Shown: positions 30,122 to 42,427 of the stretch, in pieces
Position numbering within the stretch: position 1 is the first letter of the stretch
How the letters are laid out: the number at the start of each line of letters is the position of its first letter
DNA from: Escherichia coli
Lineage (GTDB): Bacteria; Pseudomonadota; Gammaproteobacteria; Enterobacterales; Enterobacteriaceae
Direction: 5' to 3' (one strand)
Assembly (NCBI RefSeq): GCF_001677475.2
Contig: NZ_CP015229.1
Length of the DNA stretch: 64,000 nucleotides
Notes under the pieces: model-generated
Seen by the model: the letters and a program-made list of their open reading frames with translations, nothing else
Told to the model about the DNA's origin: nothing
Database searches by the model: none
Translations under genes and position numbers: made by a program

Positions 30122-32616
30122 TTAGAAGGTTAATTCCGTTTCCAGCAGAGTCAGGATGCTTTGTGCGTCTTGCGCGGCGAACAGCGACTGGCGGAAGTTT
30201 TTATTCACCAGTTTGCGCGCCAGCTGCGAGAAGACCTTCACATGGTTCATCCCTTCGCTAGCGTCCAGCGTCAGCATGATCACCAGTTCGACTTCGCCCA
30301 TTTCTGACTGCCAGTCAACCGGTTTCGCCAGCCGGGCAATGCTGATACTGGAATGACGGATCCACTGAGATTTGGTGTGCGGGATCGCCACGCCAAAACC
30401 AACGCCAGTAGTAACAATCTCTTCCCGTTGCCAGACATCCTCTTCCAGCTCGAACGGATGTTCAGTGCGCCCGTTAACGCCGAGGTTACCGCACAGGAAC
30501 TGGATCGCCTGCTCTTTATTGCTAAAGGCCTGATCAACGAAGATATTCTCCAGCGCCAACAATGGGTGAACGTCTTCTTCCGGCGTAAAGGCGGTGAGTA
30601 ACGCTTCAATTTCCTGCGCGCTGCGACATTCACACGCCTGACGTGCCAGTTCCCGACACGCCTCGCTATCCAGTTGACGAAGCTGGCTTTTCACCGCCGG
30701 AATGCGCGGGCTACTCATACTCAGCTCATCCAGGCCCAGCCCAAGCAGTAGCGGCAGATAACGGCTTTCACCGCCCAGTTCACCGCAAATGCCTACCCAT
30801 TTGCCCCGCTGATGCGCAGTGGTAACTATTTGCTGCAACATGCGCAGGAACGATGGCGTAATCGGGTTATATAGCGGCGATACGCGCGGGTTATTACGAT
30901 CGACCGCATACAGATACTGGGTCATATCGTTGGAGCCGATACTGAAGAAATCGACCTCATCGCAGAAGTGATCGATGATGTAGCACACCGACGGCACTTC
31001 CACCATGATACCCAGCGTAATCGTCTCTGCATGACGCAGGCCATCGCGCTTAAGCTCAACGATCGCTTTTTGGATCTCGCCCTTCACCCATAAGATCTGA
31101 TCGAGGCTGTGGACCATCGGGATCATCAACTGGGCGTTGCCGAAACTGGCGGCGCGCAAAATGGCCCGCAGTTGAGTGCGGAACAGGCCAGCAAATTCCG
31201 GGTAAATACGTACCGCGCGATAGCCGAGGAACGGGTTCTCTTCCTGGGGAATATTCAGATAAGGAATGCTTTTATCGCCGCCGATGTCCATTGTGCGGAA
31301 GATAATCGGCTTGTCGCCCGCTGCCAGTAGCACCTGCTGGTAGGCTTCAAATTGCTCCTGCTCGTCCGGCGCGCTGTCGCGATCCATATAGAGCATTTCG
31401 GTACGGAACAGCCCGACGCCTTCCGCGCCGTTGGCAAACGCGCCAGGCGCTTCCAGAGCGGTGCCAATATTCGCCGCGATATCAATACGCTTGTTATCAC
31501 GGGAATAAGCCAGCTGCGCGGCAGCCTGCGCCTGTTGTTTTTGGCGTTTATCTGCCAGCGTCTGCGCGACCTGATAATAACCGCTCACCGCGTCATTCGG
31601 GTTAATCGCCAGCACGCCGCACTGGGCGTCAAGCACTGCAGGTTGCCCGGCATAGCGCGCGATCGCATCCAGCGGCAGGCCGCTCAAAACCGGGATCGCC
31701 GAGGCACGGGCCAGAATCAGGGTATGCGAGGTGCGCCCGGTTTTCTCCAGAATCATACCTGCAAGATTTTTTAAATCGAGGCTCAAAAACTGGCTTGGGG
31801 TTAAATCCTCGGCCACCAGAATAGTCGGTTTTTCCAGCACCAGATTGTTGCGCGGCTTCAGTTCCGGCCAGGTGATATGCAGCAACTGTTCGCTAACATC
31901 GCGAATGTCGCTAACACGTTCGCGCAGATAATCGCTGGCAGAAGCAGAAAGCTTGGCGCAAACCTGCTCCATATTGCTGATGATCGCCGCCCCAGTCCCT
32001 GATGCTGTTCCGCCATAAGGCGACGGATATTGCCCGCGAACTCATCATCCTGAATCAGCGACAAATGGGCGCTGAGGATGGTTTTGCTTTCGCCGTCACG
32101 CTCGCGCAACTGCTGGTTCAGTTGCTCGGCAAGCGTTGCCAGGCTGTGCTCCAGCCAGGTGGAATCTTGCGCACTGGCCGGGATCGCCCGATAACTGTCG
32201 AGGCTGTCGCTCTGTAACAGGGTCAGTGTACCCACGCCGACGCCGCTTGCCAGCACATTGCCGTACAGTAAATCCGGGTTAAGGCGGCTTAATGAACGCG
32301 GCAGCGGATGCGCCGTCAGTTCTGCCTGCGTCGGCTGAACGCTGTCGCTGTCGATAAAGCGCACCTGGATGTACTCTTCCAGCACGCGCCGCGCCTGCTC
32401 TTCATCGCTGCCGCTAATGTTCAGGCTGCAACTGTCATTAAATAAGGTGCCGGTGCCAATCAGCGCCAGTGAACTTTTGGCATCGGCCTTTGCGTTCTGG
32501 CGATGGTTAATAAAAGTGATTTCGCTTTGCCACTGGCTGCACTGCTCTTTAAGTTCCCACGCCGGACGAGCATGTAGACCGTTAGGCAAAGGACAGAGAA
32601 ATTGAATCGTTAACAT
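30122..32616 (-). pseudogene. fryA: PTS multiphosphoryl transfer protein FryA (HPr-EI-EIIA fusion), apparently disrupted by a 1-bp frameshift
   Basis: Two overlapping minus-strand ORFs in different frames (32616-31858, HPr plus EI N-terminus; 31972-30122, EI His domain GRTSHTLILARAS plus EIIA). Frames rejoin if one G is added to the GGGG run at plus-strand C-tract 31990-31993. Confidence 0.6.
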
Positions 32617-32640
32617 AACCGCTCCGGGTTAATCAGGAGA

Positions 32641-33678
32641 TCATCTGAAATCCGTCAGTTGAACAACCGTCTCACGCGTAAGACGTTGAATAAGGGCAGA
32701 TAAAAGCTGCTGCATCTGCAAGATGTCGCGGCAGTCGGCAATCGATGCGGCGCAATGTCCATGGCGGGTTGCTGGCCCCATCACCACTGTGGGTACGCCA
32801 GTACCGGTTAAGTGAACCGCTCCACCGTCCGTGCCGCCGTTACTGAACATATCCGCCTGTAACGGCACGCCAATTTCTGCCGCCACGGTTTCGATCCAGG
32901 CGGTGAGTTTTGGCGGCGCAATCAGTGACTTGTCGCTTAACACCAGCATCGGGCCGTTACCAATCTGGCGATGGTTAGCCGTGCCATAATCAAAGTTTTT
33001 CGCCCAGCAGGCGGTATCAAGCACAATGGCGACGTCCGGCGACACCGCGCGGGTGGCAGTTTGCCCGCCGCGTAATCCCACCTCTTCGCTCGAACTTGCC
33101 ACCAGCCACACTTCCGCAGGCAGTTCGGCGTCGTGCAGCTCACGTAGTAACGTCACCAGCAGATAGCAACCGAGGCGGTCATCAAAAGCTTTCCCCATCA
33201 CTCGCTGGTGGGGGAGAACCTGAAAAGTAGTATCAAACGTGACGCGATCGCCTGGGCGAATTCCCGCCTGCATCACTTCGTCATACGAGCGCGCACCAAT
33301 GTCCACGCGCATGGCGCTGACATCATTCCCCTGCCGGTCGCCGTCAAGCAGGCCGGGAATTTTGCACTCTTTACGGGTGGTGATGCGCACCGGCTGCAAC
33401 TGGCGGGCAGCCATGCGCACGTTGCCAACCGGCAGCACGTCAATAGCGCCTTCGCGGGAGATGCTGCGCACCATAAATCCCACTTCGTCCATATGCGCAC
33501 AGATCATCACTTTCGGACCTGTCGATTCATTGAGGCGGATCAGCACCGATCCCAGACCATCAAATCGCACTTCTTTTTGCAGGCGATCCGCTTCTTCCAG
33601 CAGGATCTGCCGCACTTCCTGTTCCGAGGAGGCGATCGCATCGGCCTCGCTCAACGCTTTTAATAGCGATAAATCCAT
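32641..33678 (-). CDS. ypdE: M42-family aminopeptidase
   Basis: 345-aa ORF with M42 metal-binding architecture; 1-bp overlap with ypdF. Confidence 0.85.
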   Translation of the reverse strand: MDLSLLKALSEADAIASSEQEVRQILLEEADRLQKEVRFDGLGSVLIRLNESTGPKVMICAHMDEVGFMVRSISREGAIDVLPVGNVRMAARQLQPVRITTRKECKIPGLLDGDRQGNDVSAMRVDIGARSYDEVMQAGIRPGDRVTFDTTFQVLPHQRVMGKAFDDRLGCYLLVTLLRELHDAELPAEVWLVASSSEEVGLRGGQTATRAVSPDVAIVLDTACWAKNFDYGTANHRQIGNGPMLVLSDKSLIAPPKLTAWIETVAAEIGVPLQADMFSNGGTDGGAVHLTGTGVPTVVMGPATRHGHCAASIADCRDILQMQQLLSALIQRLTRETVVQLTDFR

Positions 33679-34763
33679 TATGCCTCTCCCGTGAGCAACA
33701 CTGTTTTCGGCATGGCGTAGAGCACTTCTGCGCCTTGCGGGGTAACCAGCACAACATCTTCGATGCGCACGCCCCCTTGCCCTGGCAAATAAATCCCCGG
33801 CTCTACGGTCAGTAACATGCCAGGCTGTAGCGTCGTGGTGTCCCTCGGTGAAAAACGCGGATCTTCATGGACTTCAATGCCGATAGCATGACCGGTGTTG
33901 TGGCCAAAATAGTCGCCATAACCGGCTTCTGTAATGACCCGGCGCGCGGCATCGTCAACCTGCTGGCAGCGCACGCCGGGGCGAATCGCGGAGATTGCCG
34001 CGAGCTGTGCCTGCAGGACAATCTGATAGACGTTAAACAGCGGGTGAGATTCGGCGCTCACCCCTTCGCCATTCACCAGCAAGGTGCGCGTCATATCAGA
34101 GCAGTAGCCCTGATATAGCGCACCGAAATCGAGAGTGACAAACTCGCCCGCTGCAACAATCTTGTCGCTGGCTTTGCCGTGCGGCAGCGCCCCACGCCAG
34201 CCACTGGCGACAATGGTGTCAAAAGAGGCTTTTTCTGCGCCCTGCTGGCGCATAAACCACTCCAGTTCAGCGGCTATCTCGCGCTCGCTCATCCCCGCCT
34301 GAATAAAGCGGCGAATATGCTCCGCTCCGCGATCGGCAATCCCACAGGCGAGGCGGATTTTCTCCACCTCCTCTGGCGTTTTGATTTGCCGCAGCACATC
34401 CGGCGTGGCGCTTACCAGTTTCGCATTGAGTTCAGACTGCCAGCGGTGCGCGGTTTCCCAACTCACCTGCTGGCCTTCAAAACCGAGCGTTTGCAACTGC
34501 TCATCGGCAATGATTTGCCTGACGACGGTTGTAAGCGTGTGCGTCGCGTCAAGCAAATGCAGCGGGTAGCCTTGCGTGCGAGCTTCCACATCCGCGTAAT
34601 AGCGCGAATCCACCAGAATGTGCGCACTTTCACGGCTAATCACCACATAACCTGATCCGGTGGAGATCCCCAGATGCGGCTGTTTGTTCTGCCGTGAGGA
34701 GAGAAGCACTGCATCCAGTTGTTGCGCCTTAAGCCAGTCGCGCAGCGAAGCGAGTAATGTCAT
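33678..34763 (-). CDS. ypdF: M24B-family Xaa-Pro aminopeptidase
   Basis: 361-aa ORF with creatinase/prolidase-fold C-terminal domain ([13 protein letters not shown]). Confidence 0.85.
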   Translation of the reverse strand: MTLLASLRDWLKAQQLDAVLLSSRQNKQPHLGISTGSGYVVISRESAHILVDSRYYADVEARTQGYPLHLLDATHTLTTVVRQIIADEQLQTLGFEGQQVSWETAHRWQSELNAKLVSATPDVLRQIKTPEEVEKIRLACGIADRGAEHIRRFIQAGMSEREIAAELEWFMRQQGAEKASFDTIVASGWRGALPHGKASDKIVAAGEFVTLDFGALYQGYCSDMTRTLLVNGEGVSAESHPLFNVYQIVLQAQLAAISAIRPGVRCQQVDDAARRVITEAGYGDYFGHNTGHAIGIEVHEDPRFSPRDTTTLQPGMLLTVEPGIYLPGQGGVRIEDVVLVTPQGAEVLYAMPKTVLLTGEA

Positions 34764-34777
34764 CTGGATTTTCCTTC

Positions 34778-36025
34778 TTACAGGCTATCGATTAACAATT
34801 TACCTTTGCGGAACATCATCAGACGCAGGAACACCACCATCAGCGCAGTTATGACTGCCCCCAGCGCGATCCCCGCCATATAGACGCCCAGGTTAGTGAC
34901 CAGCGGCCATGCCCAGATAGCGGATTCCGGGAACCATTGCACTGCGCCCAGCCAGACAGCGGCGGTTGAGCCGACAATAGCACCGACCATATACGACGGA
35001 ATGGCGGTGATGGGACTTTCCAGCGCAAACGGAATCGCACCTTCACTGATCCCCATAAACGCCAGGAACATCGCGGTTTTACCCTGCGGATAAAGTTGGG
35101 CGTTGAACAGACGTTTGCCGGTTAAACGGCGGTCGATAATGGTCGCCAGACCCAGACCAATCGGCGGAATAACAATAGCGATGGAACGCGCGGTAACCGG
35201 TAATACGTGGTCAGTGGTAAAGCTGAAGGCAACGAAACCAGCTGCTTTGTTGATCGGGCCACCAAGGTCGATTGCTGTCGCCGCGGCGATCCCCATCGCG
35301 TACATCAGCGCGCCCTTCTCACCTGCGGCAGTCAGCACGGTACGGATACCGCCGTTGATCCAGCCACCAAAGGGGGTGATGACGTAGTACATCGCCAACA
35401 TGACAAAAATGGCGGAAAGAATCGGTAGCAAAAATGTGGTTTTGAACGCTAACAGGAATTCCGGTAACTGGATTTTCTGGTTCATCCACTTCACAAGGTA
35501 ACCAGCAACGATAGAAATAATCAGGGCACCAATGAAGGTGGACGGCACCGGCGAAGAGGTCGCCCATTGCATAGTGCTGGGATCGAAGTTCAGCAGTTGC
35601 GTCGGCTGGGTAGACATCAACCCGCCGATAAAACCAGCCGGGAACGCCAGTTTGCCACCGATAGAGTTCGCCACAAATGCAGCAAACATCGGAATGGCAA
35701 AACCAAACAACACGCCGCCGAAGGACTGCGACAACCAGGCAAATTTCAGTAAGGAGAGGTCGAAACCGGAGAATTTCCCGCTATTAAGAGCATCCATGAT
35801 GCCGATATCAGCAGGAATTTTAAGCCAGCTATAAGCAATCAGCTGGCTGAAAGCGAGGATCACACCGCCCATAATTAAGGTCGGCACCATGCGTGAAATC
35901 CCTGACATCACATGCTGCGGGAGTTCACCCCAGAAGCTGCTTTTAGAGGCCTGCGGATTCTTAACTGCCGCTGCCGCACCGGATGCGCCAGGCACAACGG
36001 TTGCACTGCGTTTTTTAATGGCCAT
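34778..36025 (-). CDS. fryC: PTS fructose-like EIIC permease
   Basis: 415-aa polytopic membrane ORF of the PTS EIIC fructose family. Confidence 0.85.
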   Translation of the reverse strand: MAIKKRSATVVPGASGAAAAVKNPQASKSSFWGELPQHVMSGISRMVPTLIMGGVILAFSQLIAYSWLKIPADIGIMDALNSGKFSGFDLSLLKFAWLSQSFGGVLFGFAIPMFAAFVANSIGGKLAFPAGFIGGLMSTQPTQLLNFDPSTMQWATSSPVPSTFIGALIISIVAGYLVKWMNQKIQLPEFLLAFKTTFLLPILSAIFVMLAMYYVITPFGGWINGGIRTVLTAAGEKGALMYAMGIAAATAIDLGGPINKAAGFVAFSFTTDHVLPVTARSIAIVIPPIGLGLATIIDRRLTGKRLFNAQLYPQGKTAMFLAFMGISEGAIPFALESPITAIPSYMVGAIVGSTAAVWLGAVQWFPESAIWAWPLVTNLGVYMAGIALGAVITALMVVFLRLMMFRKGKLLIDSL

Positions 36026-36046
36026 AACAATTATCCCTGTCGAATA

Positions 36047-36373
36047 TTACTGTTGTTCAGAGGCAATCATCTCTTCGATTTCTTTGATGATGCCCGCAGC
36101 GTTTTTAATTGCGTCCTGCAAAGTGATTTCATAAACGTCGCGTGATTCGAAACGTTCGTTATCTTCCGGGGTAACTGCCACTGAGTGGATGATGATGGTC
36201 GCTTCGGCGATATCCTGCACCGTCAGGCGATTCTGGATGCCGTCCGCGCCCTGAGTTTCAATTTTCACTTCATAGCCTGCTTCCACCGCCGCTTCTTCCA
36301 GCGCCTGGGCTGCCATAAAGGTGTGAGCCAGACCCATAGGGCAGGCACATAAAGCAATCAGTTTCTTACTCAT
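36047..36373 (-). CDS. fryB: PTS fructose-like EIIB component
   Basis: Start placed at MSKKLIALCACPMGLAHT (active-site Cys motif); track ORF is 5'-extended. Confidence 0.8.
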   Translation of the reverse strand: MSKKLIALCACPMGLAHTFMAAQALEEAAVEAGYEVKIETQGADGIQNRLTVQDIAEATIIIHSVAVTPEDNERFESRDVYEITLQDAIKNAAGIIKEIEEMIASEQQ

Positions 36374-36549
36374 CGTTAATTCCTCGTTCAGTGATAGTTG
36401 ACGATTGAAATTATGAACGTGCAAAACAAATCGCCGTTACCAGACAAATAATGCATTTACTGGAGAATTAATCCCGCTGTACGGAAGTGTGACGCAGGTC
36501 GGCCTTGTGAGGAGGACACAAAGAAAAATTGAATTAACTGTATGATTTA

Positions 36550-36580
36550 AAAGATTATCGGGAGAATTACCTCCCGATAT
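36550..36580 (-). terminator. Intrinsic terminator hairpin downstream of glk (TCGGGAG-AATTACC-TCCCGA)
   Basis: Perfect inverted repeat followed by T-rich tract on the minus strand. Confidence 0.5.
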
Positions 36581-36592
36581 AACAGGAAGGAT

Positions 36593-37558
36593 TTACAGAA
36601 TGTGCCCTAAGGTCTGGCGTAAATGTGCACCGGAACCGAGAAGACCCGGATTGTCATGGACGATGAGATACACCGGAATATCATGGACATATTCTTTAAA
36701 GCGCCCTTTATCTTCAAATGCGGCACGGAAACCAGAGGCTTTGAAGAACTCAAGGAAGCGCGGCACGATACCGCCCGCAATAAACACGCCGCCAAATGTC
36801 CCTAGATTGAGCGCCAGATTGCCGCCAAAACGGCCCATAATGACGCAAAACAGCGACAACGCGCGGCGGCAATCGGTGCAGCTGTCAGCCAGCGCGCGTT
36901 CGGTAATATCTTTTGGCTTGAGATTTTCTGGCAGGCGGTTGTCGGCTTTAACAATTGCGCGATACAAATTCACCAGCCCAGGGCCAGAAAGCACGCGTTC
37001 CGCCGAAACATGGCCAATTTCCGCACGCAGTATTTCGAGGATAATGGCCTCTTCTTCACTATTCGGCGCAAAATCAACGTGACCGCCTTCGCCTGGCAAG
37101 CTTACCCAACGCTTATCGACATGGACCAGATGTGCAACCCCAAGCCCCGTTCCGGCACCGTAAACCGCAATAGGCTTACCTTCGACCGGTTCTGCGCCAC
37201 CAAACTGAATCAGATGCTCTTTTTTCAGCATCGGGATCGCCATCGATACAGCGGTAAAATCGTTAATAATTTCCAGATGGCTAAAACCGAGATTCTTTTT
37301 CATTTCGGCAATTGAGAACGCCCAGGTATGGTTGGTCATTGCCACCCAGTCACCGGTAATTGGGCAAGCGATGGCAATACAGCCGTCTTTCACCTCGACC
37401 TTATGTTCTTCAAGATAAACGCGAATGACCGCTTCGAGGCTGGGGTAATCAAGCCCTGAATAGGTCTTAGCCTGCGAGATTTCACCACTGGCAATATCAC
37501 ACAGAGCAAGACGTGCGTTGGTGCCGCCCACATCACCGACTAATGCATACTTTGTCAT
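36593..37558 (-). CDS. glk: Glucokinase (ROK-like)
   Basis: 321-aa [22 protein letters not shown]... with glucokinase ATP-binding N-terminus. Confidence 0.9.
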   Translation of the reverse strand: MTKYALVGDVGGTNARLALCDIASGEISQAKTYSGLDYPSLEAVIRVYLEEHKVEVKDGCIAIACPITGDWVAMTNHTWAFSIAEMKKNLGFSHLEIINDFTAVSMAIPMLKKEHLIQFGGAEPVEGKPIAVYGAGTGLGVAHLVHVDKRWVSLPGEGGHVDFAPNSEEEAIILEILRAEIGHVSAERVLSGPGLVNLYRAIVKADNRLPENLKPKDITERALADSCTDCRRALSLFCVIMGRFGGNLALNLGTFGGVFIAGGIVPRFLEFFKASGFRAAFEDKGRFKEYVHDIPVYLIVHDNPGLLGSGAHLRQTLGHIL

Positions 37559-37761
37559 TCTTCAACTGCTCCGCTAAAGTCAAAATAATTCTTTCTCACA
37601 CTGTAAATTCCTGGGGGCATAACAACAACGCCGGAAAGGCAGGCTCCCTGTAAATATCGATCTGGGTCACACAATTACTTTATCGTTTCAGCACCAATTG
37701 CAGCGATGCCTTTTTGCAAGCTGGGCAAACTAAGTATCTGACCCCGCATAAGGAATAGAAC

Positions 37762-39018
37762 ATGCTCCATCCGCGAGCCAGAACCATGTTGTTATTATCG
37801 CTCCCCGCCGTGGCAATTGGGATTGCGTCCAGTCTTATTCTGATTGTGGTGATGAAAATCGCCTCGGTATTACAGAATTTGCTCTGGCAACGACTGCCGG
37901 GAACTCTGGGGATAGCCCAGGATTCACCTTTCTGGATCATCGCCATATTAACGCTAACAGGTATTGCGGTGGGGTTGGTTATCCGTTTCAGCCAGGGGCA
38001 TGCTGGACCAGACCCCGCCTGTGAACCGCTGATCGGCGCACCGGTTCCGCCCTCTGCGCTACCAGGACTTATCGTAGCATTAATTCTCGGTCTTGCTGGC
38101 GGCGTCAGCCTGGGGCCGGAACATCCGATCATGACCGTCAATATCGCCCTTGCCGTCGCCATTGGCGCTCGTCTGTTACCGCGCGTCAACCGAATGGAGT
38201 GGACTATTTTAGCCTCTGCCGGAACCATCGGCGCGCTGTTTGGCACACCTGTTGCGGCGGCGTTGATATTTTCGCAAACCTTAAATGGCAGTAATGAAGT
38301 GCCGCTATGGGATCGACTCTTTGCGCCGTTAATGGCAGCGGCGGCTGGTGCGCTGACGACAAGTCTATTTTTCCACCCCCATTTTTCGCTGCCCATTGCG
38401 CATTACGGACAGATGCAGATGGCAGACATTATCAGCGGTGCGATTGTAGCGGCGATTGCCATCGCTGCGGGGATGGTCGCCGTATGGTGTCTGCCACGGT
38501 TGCACGCAATGATGCATCAGATTAAAAACCCTGTGCTTATGCTCGGGGTTGGCGGGTTTATTCTCGGTATTTTGGGGGTTATTGGTGGGCCGGTTTCACT
38601 GTTTAAAGGGCTGGATGAGATGCAGCAAATGGTGATGAATCAGGCTTTCAGCACCAGTGATTACTTTTTACTGGCGGTGATTAAGCTCGCCGCTCTGGTC
38701 ATTGCCGCCGCCAGCGGGTTTCGTGGCGGGCGAATCTTCCCGGCAGTGTTTGTTGGCGTGGCGTTAGGTTTGATGCTACATGAACACGTTCCCGCAGTCC
38801 CGGCGGCAATTACTGTCTCCTGCGCTATTCTCGGTATGGTACTGGTGGTAACGCGCGATGGCTGGTTAAGCCTGTTTATGGCGGCAGTCGTTGTACCTGA
38901 TACCAATCTGCTACCGCTACTTTGTATCGTTATGCTTCCGGCATGGCTATTGCTGGCTGGCAAACCGATGATGATTGTGAATCGCCCGAAGCAGCAACCA
39001 CCCCACGATAATCTTTAG
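37762..39018 (+). CDS. yfeO: ClC-family voltage-gated chloride channel-like membrane protein
   Basis: 418-aa polytopic ORF with ClC-like GxxxGPxxP motifs (GVSLGPEHP). Confidence 0.85.
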   Translation: MLHPRARTMLLLSLPAVAIGIASSLILIVVMKIASVLQNLLWQRLPGTLGIAQDSPFWIIAILTLTGIAVGLVIRFSQGHAGPDPACEPLIGAPVPPSALPGLIVALILGLAGGVSLGPEHPIMTVNIALAVAIGARLLPRVNRMEWTILASAGTIGALFGTPVAAALIFSQTLNGSNEVPLWDRLFAPLMAAAAGALTTSLFFHPHFSLPIAHYGQMQMADIISGAIVAAIAIAAGMVAVWCLPRLHAMMHQIKNPVLMLGVGGFILGILGVIGGPVSLFKGLDEMQQMVMNQAFSTSDYFLLAVIKLAALVIAAASGFRGGRIFPAVFVGVALGLMLHEHVPAVPAAITVSCAILGMVLVVTRDGWLSLFMAAVVVPDTNLLPLLCIVMLPAWLLLAGKPMMIVNRPKQQPPHDNL

Positions 39019-39132
39019 CAAAAAATGCTCTCCATCATGATTTAAGAGTTATGGCGATGAAACGGGGCTTTACCTCCCCGTAATATTGCGTTAACAGGCC
39101 GCTGACGGCTTCGATCGTGAAGGAGAATATCA

Positions 39133-39459
39133 ATGTTCAGGTCACTGTTTCTGGCGGCCGCCCTGATGGCTTTTACCCCGCTTGCGGCAAACGCAGGTGA
39201 AATTACCCTACTGCCATCAATCAAATTACAAATTGGCGATCGCGATCATTACGGTAATTACTGGGACGGTGGTCATTGGCGCGACCGTGATTACTGGCAT
39301 CGTAATTACGAATGGCGTAAAAACCGCTGGTGGCGTCACGATAATGGCTACCACCGTGGCTGGGATAAGCGTAAAGCGTATGAGCGTGGCTATCGTGAAG
39401 GCTGGCGCGACCGTGATGATCATCGAGGGAAAGGCCGTGGACACGGACATCGTCATTAA
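39133..39459 (+). CDS. ypeC: Secreted low-complexity protein (DUF2502), rich in Trp/Arg/His/Asp/Gly
   Basis: 108-aa ORF with signal peptide [21 protein letters not shown] followed by repeats such as [34 protein letters not shown]. Confidence 0.75.
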
Positions 39460-39482
39460 ACACATCCACCAATGGAGCACGA

Positions 39483-39575
<93 letters not shown>

Positions 39576-39600
39576 TGTGCCTGGTACGACGCCAGTTGAA

Positions 39601-40848
<1,248 letters not shown>

Positions 40849-40851
40849 CTA

Positions 40852-40873
40852 AAACATAGCCTTTGCTATGTTT
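40852..40873. promoter_or_regulatory. MntR operator palindrome AAACATAGC-N4-GCTATGTTT in mntH leader
   Basis: Near-perfect inverted repeat 13 bp upstream of mntH start codon; matches the MntR box reported for mntH. Confidence 0.6.
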
Positions 40874-40887
40874 CATGCTATGCCAAA

Positions 40888-40912
40888 CGAGAATGATTAT
40901 CAAATTCATTTG
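40888..40912. promoter_or_regulatory. Fur-box-like sequence in mntH promoter
   Basis: Minus-strand CAAATGAATTTGATAATCATTCTCG resembles Fur consensus GATAATGATAATCATTATC. Confidence 0.45.
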
Positions 40913-41174
40913 AATGGATTGTGGTGATTTCTCTGATAGACCAGGATTATGACTACGAAAAGATTGATGACTTGAATGTTATGGTTATGTTTAATGTTAG
41001 CACATTTACATAACTTTCAGCTTCCATACACAACATAGCAGAAATGTATGACAGCTCACTATTTTTGAAGCTTGTCACAGGACGTCATTATAGTGTGTGT
41101 CAGATCTCGTTTTCCTTAACCATGTTACATAGAATGTGCACGGAAATTTAACCTGCCTCATATTTGGAGCAAAT

Positions 41175-42377
41175 ATGGACCGCGTCCTTCATTTTGTACT
41201 GGCACTTGCCGTTGTTGCGATTCTCGCACTGCTGGTAAGCAGCGACCGCAAAAAAATTCGTATCCGTTATGTTATTCAACTGCTTGTTATCGAAGTGTTA
41301 CTGGCGTGGTTCTTCCTGAACTCCGACGTTGGTTTGGGCTTCGTGAAAGGCTTCTCCGAAATGTTCGAAAAACTGCTCGGATTTGCCAACGAAGGGACTA
41401 ACTTCGTCTTTGGTAGCATGAATGATCAAGGCCTGGCATTCTTCTTCCTGAAAGTGCTGTGCCCAATCGTCTTTATCTCTGCACTGATCGGTATTCTCCA
41501 GCACATTCGCGTGTTGCCGGTGATTATCCGCGCAATTGGTTTCCTGCTCTCCAAAGTCAACGGTATGGGCAAACTGGAATCCTTTAACGCCGTCAGCTCC
41601 CTGATTCTGGGTCAGTCTGAAAACTTTATTGCCTATAAAGATATCCTTGGCAAAATCTCCCGTAACCGTATGTACACCATGGCAGCAACGGCGATGTCCA
41701 CCGTTTCTATGTCCATCGTTGGTGCATACATGACCATGCTGGAGCCGAAATATGTCGTTGCAGCGCTGGTACTGAATATGTTCAGCACATTTATCGTGCT
41801 GTCGCTGATCAACCCGTACCGTGTTGATGCCAGTGAAGAAAACATTCAGATGTCCAACCTGCACGAAGGTCAGAGCTTCTTCGAAATGCTGGGTGAATAC
41901 ATTCTGGCAGGTTTCAAAGTTGCCATTATCGTTGCCGCAATGCTGATCGGCTTTATCGCCCTGATCGCGGCGCTGAACGCACTGTTTGCCACCGTGACTG
42001 GCTGGTTTGGCTACAGCATCTCCTTCCAGGGCATCCTGGGCTACATCTTCTATCCGATTGCATGGGTGATGGGTGTTCCGTCCAGCGAAGCACTGCAGGT
42101 GGGCAGTATCATGGCGACCAAACTGGTTTCCAACGAGTTCGTTGCGATGATGGATCTGCAGAAAATTGCTTCCACGCTCTCTCCGCGTGCTGAAGGCATC
42201 ATCTCTGTGTTCCTGGTTTCCTTCGCTAACTTCTCTTCAATCGGGATTATCGCAGGTGCAGTTAAAGGCCTGAATGAAGAGCAAGGTAACGTGGTTTCTC
42301 GCTTCGGTCTGAAGCTGGTTTACGGCTCTACCCTGGTGAGTGTGCTGTCTGCGTCAATCGCAGCACTGGTGCTGTAA
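41175..42377 (+). CDS. nupC: Nucleoside:H+ symporter (CNT family)
   Basis: Start placed at [14 protein letters not shown] (400 aa); track ORF starts 39 nt upstream. Confidence 0.9.
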
Positions 42378-42388
42378 GCACCATACAT

Positions 42389-42420
42389 AAAAAAGCCGGG
42401 GATAATTCCCCGGCTTTTTT
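42389..42420. terminator. Bidirectional intrinsic terminator between convergent nupC and pdeA (AAAAAGCCGGGG-ATAA-TTCCCCGGCTTTTTT)
   Basis: Perfect GC-rich stem flanked by A-run and T-run. Confidence 0.7.
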
Positions 42421-42427
42421 ACGCCTG

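Noticed and set aside
37680-38396. 238-aa minus-strand ORF rich in Ala/Gly/Pro
   Set aside because: Lies entirely antisense within yfeO (ClC-like channel); the composition is what the opposite strand of a GC-rich membrane-protein gene produces; not independent coding.
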